Positions 58,116-64,000 of a stretch of DNA of 64,000 nucleotides are shown piece by piece. The stretch's first letter is position 1, and every line of letters starts with the position of its first letter. The stretch is from Eubacteriales bacterium (GTDB lineage Bacteria; Bacillota; Clostridia; Oscillospirales; CAG-272), in assembly GCA_045126855.1 (NCBI GenBank), contig JBGVPG010000019.1:5061-69060 (forward strand), in the 5' to 3' direction. The notes below the pieces were generated by a model that saw only the letters and a program-made list of their open reading frames with translations, was not told the DNA's origin and ran no database searches. Both the position numbers and the translations under genes were made by a program.

Positions 58116-58838
58116 CTAGTGCACGACGCTCATCTGCATCTCAACCTTGATCGTTCCGCCGATAAGCCAGTCGATACAGTCGGGGTCGTTACCCTCAAGC
58201 CAAAGGACAAGCGTGTACTTCGTTACGCCGCCGGGGGCAAGGTTTTCAATTCGCTTGTGAACCATAACGTTGTTGGCGTAAAACTCCTCGGTTCCCGGCT
58301 CTGCGCCGAGACCGTCGCTACGGGTCTTTGCATAGGTGGTAGGCTCGCCGTCCACGTAAAGGCGGAGGCGGATAGCCTCGTCAAGTCCGTTTGTCACGTT
58401 GGACATAATGACCTGATAATCATAGGTGACCTCGTATTCGCCTGCATTCTGCAGATAGAAGGTGTAGGCGATGTAGTCTCTGCCGTTGTGCTCGCCGTCG
58501 ATCATATCGACGTTTGAGGCGATGCTCTTATCCGAGATATTGGTCATTTTCTCGGCGATTCGGGCGTTAAGGTGGGAGGTCATGTGGGTCATCTCACGGG
58601 ATTCCGAAAGTGAGAGACCGTATTTTGTCATTTCGTATTTGTCAATGCTGATGGTCAGCGTTCCCGATCTCTTATAGAGAATGGAGACGACGTAGACCGT
58701 TCCGACAAGGAAGATCAGCATAGAAAGCAGGAGCGAAAGGAGCCTAACCATTACACGGTGGTTACGAACCTCCTTGGCGGTTCTCTGCAAAATTCCGACT
58801 CGGCGCTCGCTGCCGGGTGAATATGTTCTATCCTTCAT
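58116..58838 (-). CDS. Single-pass membrane protein with TasA-like extracellular domain
   Basis: Basic N-tail, one TM, YIAYTFYLQN, DEAIRLRLY, YTLVLWLEGNDPDC; no YAWF cleavage motif. Confidence 0.75.
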   Translation of the reverse strand: MKDRTYSPGSERRVGILQRTAKEVRNHRVMVRLLSLLLSMLIFLVGTVYVVSILYKRSGTLTISIDKYEMTKYGLSLSESREMTHMTSHLNARIAEKMTNISDKSIASNVDMIDGEHNGRDYIAYTFYLQNAGEYEVTYDYQVIMSNVTNGLDEAIRLRLYVDGEPTTYAKTRSDGLGAEPGTEEFYANNVMVHKRIENLAPGGVTKYTLVLWLEGNDPDCIDWLIGGTIKVEMQMSVVH

Positions 58839-59796
58839 CAGCGGCACCTCCTATCTCCTCAAGCTCCTCGCTGTTTTCCTCTGCTACGGGAGAGGGGTCG
58901 TTTGGAATTTCCTCTGCGGTTTCCGCAGGCTCAATAATCGGCTCAAGCTCAGGCTCAATAATCAGCTCGGCTTCGAGCTCGATGATCGGCTCGGCTTCGG
59001 GCTCAATAATCGGCTCGGTCTCCTCGGCGATCTCAATCTCATCGCTCGGAGCCTCGGTCTCAGCCGCCTGAATTTCCTCTTCCTCCTCAGGAGGAAGGTT
59101 TGCCGCAAATCCGTCACAGCCGATGCGACGGAGAGTCGCCAGAATTTCGGGGTCGGTGACCTCGGGGGCAAATGCTTTAACCTCAAGCCCCTTGAGGTAG
59201 CTTATCATGCTTGCCGCCGTTTTTTCTCCGCCGGGATCAGCAAGCGAGGCGATCACCGACTCATCGAGAAAGGCGTAGTCAAAATCAAGCTGCGCCAGCG
59301 AAAGGATGGGACAGAATCTGTCGCCAACCTCGGAGATTGCTATCTTGAAGCCCATTGAACGGAGCTGGGATATTCTCTCCTTCACCGTCTCCATGTCCTC
59401 AAAAAGAATGTCGGCGGTGATTTCTATGCAGACCTTTGCAGGGTAGGCATCGGGGTAAATGGACATCGCCCTAAGAAGAATGTCGACCAGCTCGCCGTCA
59501 CGAACCAGCCTTGCATACACGGGAACGATGTAGCAGGAAATATCGGGTCTGGACTCTCCCAGGGTCGGGATCTGTCGGAAGAGCTTCTGCAGGTGGCGAT
59601 CGGTAAGCTGATTTGCCTGCTTGGTTCTTCTCGCAACCATGCGGTACTGCTTGTAGGTCAGTACACCGAGGTCGAGGCTGTTGATGGTTAAATAGGTTCT
59701 TGCGAGCTTCTCGCGGCTCTCAAAATAGTTTACGTCGCAGAGCTCAATTACGATCGGTGTAATACCGCTCTCAATGGTTTCCTGTACCGTTGCCAT
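58828..59796 (-). CDS. Degenerate EAL-domain protein with acidic Glu/Pro tail
   Basis: CIEIT, GFKIAISEVG (for DDFG), DFDYAFLD, CDG; catalytic residues absent. Confidence 0.75.
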   Translation of the reverse strand: MATVQETIESGITPIVIELCDVNYFESREKLARTYLTINSLDLGVLTYKQYRMVARRTKQANQLTDRHLQKLFRQIPTLGESRPDISCYIVPVYARLVRDGELVDILLRAMSIYPDAYPAKVCIEITADILFEDMETVKERISQLRSMGFKIAISEVGDRFCPILSLAQLDFDYAFLDESVIASLADPGGEKTAASMISYLKGLEVKAFAPEVTDPEILATLRRIGCDGFAANLPPEEEEEIQAAETEAPSDEIEIAEETEPIIEPEAEPIIELEAELIIEPELEPIIEPAETAEEIPNDPSPVAEENSEELEEIGGAADEG

Positions 59797-59830
59797 CTTC
59801 TCCCTCCCCTCTAAAATATTTATATAAATA

Positions 59831-59871
59831 AAAGAAAAGCCAGCTGCACTCTAGATTTAGTTGCAGCTGGC
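59831..59871 (-). terminator. Riboswitch expression-platform terminator
   Basis: GCCAGCTGCA-N-TGCAGCTGGC-TTTTCTTTT on the minus strand; its 5' arm overlaps the aptamer 3' end. Confidence 0.85.
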
Positions 59872-59940
59872 GAGCTTACTTATTAGTTAGGCCCCTATAG
59901 CTTTGCGTCACACCCTTTCGAGTGCTTTGCCGGCAGGATA
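59860..59940 (-). ncRNA. Cyclic di-GMP-I (GEMM-I) riboswitch
   Basis: GGCAAA-GCACTC-GAAA-GGGTGT-GACGCAAAGCTATAGGGGCCTAA...GCCAGCTGC matches the class-I consensus; G at the G20-equivalent position. Confidence 0.92.
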
Positions 59941-59951
59941 AATTTTATATT

Positions 59952-59980
59952 ATTATATATCTTCTCTGCCCGTTTGTCAA
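59952..59980 (-). promoter_or_regulatory. Sigma-A promoter upstream of the riboswitch
   Basis: TTGACA-17 nt-TATAAT. Confidence 0.85.
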
Positions 59981-60034
59981 GGGATTTACAAGTTTTTCCA
60001 CACTTTGCACAAAAGCGGTTTGCCATATTTATTG

Positions 60035-61252
60035 TTATTGTTCAACTGTTTGTGAATTTTTTTCCAATTCTGCCGCCTTTACGCCGTACTTATCAATGTA
60101 CAGAGTCTTGTCGGCAAGGTCGTAAAGCATCTCCATACTCATACCCTTACCTGCGTAGACAGTATATCCTACGCTTATAGAAATGCTGTGGTTCATCTCC
60201 TCGCTGAGAGCGGATACCTCGGATTTGATATCACGCACAAGCTCGTCCACCCTTTCCTTCGAGGGAGATTCAAAGATTGCGCAGAACTCGTCGCCTGCGT
60301 ATCTTGCAAGAAAGAGATCAGCCTTGTACTTGAGTCCAACCTTTTTCAGCTGGAAGGCTATGGAACGAAGGACGTCGTCACCCTCATTGTGACCAAAGTG
60401 GTCGTTAATGGACTTAAAATCGTCAACGTCCATCATAAGGTAATAGAGGTGATTATTTCGCTTCATTCCGGTGGCATACTCCTTCATCTTATCGATAACG
60501 TAGTTGTCGAGAGCATACCTGTTATGCAGAGTAGTAAGTGTATCGTTGGTGATCTGCTCGTCCTGGAATCTGACGAACATAATGAAGATTCCCGTCGTCA
60601 TACCAAGACAATGGAGCGCAAGCTTGCCGTCCGACAGCGCCTGCAAGGTGCCGAATATAAGCGTCAGGAGGCCGAGCCAAAGAATACCGTTACGCATTCT
60701 TCTGCGTCTCAGGGTCTTAACACCGAGGTCGTAGACCAGGGCACGAACGATTACGAGAAGATAAGGGATGTACTGAATGGTGAAGCTAACCCAATAGAGG
60801 TCTCCTCTGGTGTAAATATTGTCATCACCTATTGTATATACTCTACCTGTGAAGAGATTATAAATCAACATAATAGTCGCAAGGTTGGTCGGTATCATAT
60901 ATACGACCCATCTGCGAATCCTGAGATTTTCGATCCTGAAGATGATGTCAAAGAATCTCATCCAAAGCGAGCCGACCAAGGCGGTCAGCTGAACGCTCAT
61001 AAACATTGAAATATGATTTCCAATCCTTGCTCCCGGGAAGGTCTGCATATCAAAGACGTAGCTCAGCATATCAAAGGAAACGCAGGCGAGAGCAATAACA
61101 ACGAATCGCTTGAACCATATTCTCATGTGAGAGTTGTTTTGGTTTTCCAAGGCAATTCTCATGAAAACGATAAGAAATATACAGAAAACGAAGTGAAACA
61201 GATTTGCGCCAAGCAAATACTGCTCCATAGTTTGAAAGGCAAGTCCTCTCAT
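60035..61252 (-). CDS. Multi-TM GGDEF-domain protein (diguanylate cyclase)
   Basis: DTLTTLHNR, DVDDFKSINDHFGHNEGD, RYAGDEF; RBS AAAGGAG. Confidence 0.88.
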   Translation of the reverse strand: MRGLAFQTMEQYLLGANLFHFVFCIFLIVFMRIALENQNNSHMRIWFKRFVVIALACVSFDMLSYVFDMQTFPGARIGNHISMFMSVQLTALVGSLWMRFFDIIFRIENLRIRRWVVYMIPTNLATIMLIYNLFTGRVYTIGDDNIYTRGDLYWVSFTIQYIPYLLVIVRALVYDLGVKTLRRRRMRNGILWLGLLTLIFGTLQALSDGKLALHCLGMTTGIFIMFVRFQDEQITNDTLTTLHNRYALDNYVIDKMKEYATGMKRNNHLYYLMMDVDDFKSINDHFGHNEGDDVLRSIAFQLKKVGLKYKADLFLARYAGDEFCAIFESPSKERVDELVRDIKSEVSALSEEMNHSISISVGYTVYAGKGMSMEMLYDLADKTLYIDKYGVKAAELEKNSQTVEQ

Positions 61253-61291
61253 TACACGTCTCCTTTCCCAAAATTTAGACATTGTTCGTAT

Positions 61292-61320
61292 ATTATACCA
61301 CACCGCGCAAAAAAAGTCAA
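61292..61320 (-). promoter_or_regulatory. Sigma-A promoter for the GGDEF gene
   Basis: TTGACT-17 nt-TATAAT with TG extension. Confidence 0.7.
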
Positions 61321-61422
61321 GAACAAAAAACGCCCCTCTTGCCGGCATTGCCTCTATCGCAAAAAATCTCAGTTTTGTAAACCTTGGTTGTCGTTTTTGT
61401 AAAGTATTGTTGTCATAGAAAA

Positions 61423-61450
61423 GAAAAAGAGGGCATCTGCCCTCTTTTTC
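61423..61450. terminator. Intrinsic terminator
   Basis: gaaaaagagggca-tc-tgccctctttttc. Confidence 0.75.
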
Positions 61451-61459
61451 TGATGAAAA

Positions 61460-62788
61460 CTATTCTCCAACCGCTTTGTTCGTAAGCATAGTTTTAATAA
61501 GACTAAGCATACTTGGTTTGCCCATTTTTGTCGCATCGTCGCCAAAGAGCATAACCTTTCCGCTGCTCTCTACCGAGCTCCATTCGGGGTCACCTACGGG
61601 TCTGCCCTCCTTAGCAAAGGAGCAGAGGTAGTTAACCATAGACTCCGAGATCTCATAATCCCTCTTTTCCATAGGACGCCAGCAGTTCGGCAGAGTGCCA
61701 AACCAATACCAGAGGTCTGCGGAATGCCAGGAGCCGTTGTCGTCACCCGGGATCATACGGGCGAGGTGATAGCCGTAGGTGGTAACCGAATGCTTTTTAC
61801 CCCATTTTTTACCCATAGAATAGAGAATGGGGGGAGCCATATCGTGGCTGTTCGCTCCGATTATATAGGGTATATTCTTAGGCTTTGCGCCCGAGACGAT
61901 GATTTTTTCGTCCTTTACGGGGAAGGTTGCCATAGTGCCGCCCTTAATTTCCTTTTTCCAGCTATTCCACGCCTCAAAGAGTTTTTCAGGACTTACGGCA
62001 CGGAACTCAGCAAGGGTCTTGCAGCCGAGTCGGCTCATAACCTCCTGCCAGAATGGATATACCTTTTCGGGCGTAGACATCAGCATATCTGTCATACCGC
62101 ATCCGCTGGACATTACTGCGCTGCGGAAGATACCCTCGGTAAGGGGGCTCAGGCATTGAAGCTGAACGCTCATCGCACCTGCAGACTGACCCATAATTGT
62201 TATCTTATTGGGGTCACCGCCAAATGCCGCAATATTGTCCTTTACCCACTTCATAGCACAAAGCTGATCGTAAAGGCCGTAGTTGCCGCTGTGCCCTGCC
62301 TCGTCGGTAAGCTCGGGCAGGCAAAGGAATCCCATTGGACCGAGACGGTAGTTGATCGTAACGGCTACGACGCCCTTTTCGGGCCACACGGGGTCGTCAA
62401 AGTGCTTTTCGTGACCGCATCCGCCTGTAAATCCGCCGCCGTGAATGTAGAAGATTACGGGAAGGCGGCTGTCTGCCGTTGCGCTCTCGGGTGTCCATAT
62501 ATTAAGGAAGAGACAATCCTCGCCGTAGGTATATTTTTCGCCCTTGCGGAACTCGTTGTAGTAAAATATCTTCTTCAGGTTTTCCTCCTCGTTATAGAAG
62601 GAACGGGGCTGGTAGGAGCAATTTCCGTAGCTTGTGGCGTCGTACACGCCCTCCCAGGAGGTCACCTGCTTGGGATATTCCCATCTGCCTGCGGTAGCGT
62701 AGCGAATGCCCTTGAAGGCAACCACACCGTCAAGACGGCAGGAGGTGCCTTGGATCTCACCGCAGGGACAGTTTATTCTTTTTTCCAT
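61460..62788 (-). CDS. Carboxylesterase type B
   Basis: EDCLFLNIW, IHGGGF, NYRLG, FGGDPNKITIMGQSAG. Confidence 0.92.
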   Translation of the reverse strand: MEKRINCPCGEIQGTSCRLDGVVAFKGIRYATAGRWEYPKQVTSWEGVYDATSYGNCSYQPRSFYNEEENLKKIFYYNEFRKGEKYTYGEDCLFLNIWTPESATADSRLPVIFYIHGGGFTGGCGHEKHFDDPVWPEKGVVAVTINYRLGPMGFLCLPELTDEAGHSGNYGLYDQLCAMKWVKDNIAAFGGDPNKITIMGQSAGAMSVQLQCLSPLTEGIFRSAVMSSGCGMTDMLMSTPEKVYPFWQEVMSRLGCKTLAEFRAVSPEKLFEAWNSWKKEIKGGTMATFPVKDEKIIVSGAKPKNIPYIIGANSHDMAPPILYSMGKKWGKKHSVTTYGYHLARMIPGDDNGSWHSADLWYWFGTLPNCWRPMEKRDYEISESMVNYLCSFAKEGRPVGDPEWSSVESSGKVMLFGDDATKMGKPSMLSLIKTMLTNKAVGE

Positions 62789-62804
62789 AAAAACTCCCTT
62801 TAAC

Positions 62805-62834
62805 AAAGAGACCGAGCCGGGGCTCGGTCTCTTT
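62805..62834. terminator. Hairpin/terminator after the ABC ATPase gene
   Basis: aaagagaccgagcc-gg-ggctcggtctcttt. Confidence 0.7.
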
Positions 62835-62847
62835 TAATTCTGATGAA

Positions 62848-63972
62848 TTAGATAAGCAGGTTCTTCTGACTTTCGGTGTCGAAGAAGTGCATAACCTTAC
62901 CCTCGAAGGTAACGTTAATGTTTGCGCCTGCAACGAGGGACGCACGCTGATCGTCGGTGAGAGAAACGGTGGGGATACGAACGATAAGCTTATCACCGTT
63001 GTTAGTGGTAACGTGAAGGTGAAGCTCACTACCCATCATCTCGTTTACGAGGATCGTGCACTCAATAGAATCAGCGGCACCGGCGTTTGCAAGAGTGAAG
63101 TGCTCGGGACGAACGCCGAGGGTGATCTTGCCACCCTGAACGCCCTTTTCCTTGAGGCCATCAGCCTTCTGACCGGTAACCTCGATCTTTGCGCCGTAGG
63201 GTGCAACGTAGTACTTACCGCCCTCAAGGAGAAGCTCGGTCTCAAAGGTGTTCATCTTGGGAGCACCGATGAACTCTGCAACGAAAAGGTTGCAAGGCAT
63301 ATCAAATACCTCGGTGGGAGTACCAACCTGCTGGATAAGACCGTCCTTCATAATTACGATGCGGTCGCCAAGAGTCATAGCCTCGGTCTGATCGTGAGTT
63401 ACGTAAATGAAGGTGGTGTTGATCTTCTTACGAAGAAGGATGATCTCTGCTCTCATCTGGTTACGAAGCTTAGCGTCCAGGTTGGAGAGAGGTTCGTCCA
63501 TAAGGAATACCTTGGAGTCACGTACCATTGCACGGCCGATAGCAACTCTCTGACGCTGACCGCCCGAAAGAGCTCTGGGCTTTCTGGTCAGGTACTCGGT
63601 AATGCCGAGAACCTCGGCAGCCTCGGTAACCTTCTTATATACCTCATCCTGGGGAACCTTCTTGAGACGAAGGCTGAACGCCATATTCTCAAAAACGGTA
63701 AGGTGAGGATAAAGTGCGTAGTTCTGGAATACCATCGCAATGTCACGGTCACGGGGCTGAAGGTCGTTTACAACAACGCCGTCGATCTCAACGGTACCGC
63801 CGGAGATATCCTCAAGACCTGCGATCATACGAAGGGTGGTGGACTTACCGCATCCCGAAGGACCTACGAATACGATAAATTCCTTGTCGGCAATATCAAG
63901 GTTGAAGTTATCAACCGCGAGAGTATCCTTGCCGTATATTTTCTTTACGTTAGTTAATTTTACACTAGCCAT
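62848..63972 (-). CDS. Carbohydrate ABC transporter ATP-binding protein (MsmX/UgpC family)
   Basis: GPSGCGKST, VFQNYALYPH, LSGGQRQRVA, DEPLSNLDAKLR; C-terminal TOBE domain. Confidence 0.95.
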   Translation of the reverse strand: MASVKLTNVKKIYGKDTLAVDNFNLDIADKEFIVFVGPSGCGKSTTLRMIAGLEDISGGTVEIDGVVVNDLQPRDRDIAMVFQNYALYPHLTVFENMAFSLRLKKVPQDEVYKKVTEAAEVLGITEYLTRKPRALSGGQRQRVAIGRAMVRDSKVFLMDEPLSNLDAKLRNQMRAEIILLRKKINTTFIYVTHDQTEAMTLGDRIVIMKDGLIQQVGTPTEVFDMPCNLFVAEFIGAPKMNTFETELLLEGGKYYVAPYGAKIEVTGQKADGLKEKGVQGGKITLGVRPEHFTLANAGAADSIECTILVNEMMGSELHLHVTTNNGDKLIVRIPTVSLTDDQRASLVAGANINVTFEGKVMHFFDTESQKNLLI

Positions 63973-64000
63973 TCTAATTTCTCCTTATCCCTTTACTGCT

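Overview
64 kb of chromosome from a Clostridia-like Firmicute (inferred from gene content and consensus sigma-A promoters). Housekeeping loci include greA, ackA, metY-metA, addB, eda, copA, rimP-nusA-ylxR-ylxQ-infB, tRNA-Gln(CTG) and trkAH. Two uncharacterised systems stand out. (1) At 46.8-59.9 kb (minus strand), an operon headed by a c-di-GMP-I riboswitch encodes a dead EAL protein, four TasA/SipW-substrate-like fibre proteins and two SipW-type signal peptidases. Between the peptidases lie a membrane-anchored McrB-like AAA+ NTPase and a DUF2357 partner that has lost its nuclease; a sensor-GGDEF-EAL gene ends the operon. (2) At 25.5-34.8 kb (minus strand), a coupled operon runs pantothenate kinase, CBS protein, a 1982-aa membrane protein, a 524-aa paralog sharing an unrecognised 'YN' repeat, and a small basic protein. 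The 524-aa gene has an in-frame membrane anchor directly behind its TGA stop. Other observations are three 'motif+hairpin ladder' intergenic elements, a tRNA-fragment duplication, a head-to-head pair of catalytically degenerate DNA enzymes and a GAP1-N2-like gene at the left edge. All calls come from reading motifs by eye; no searches were run.
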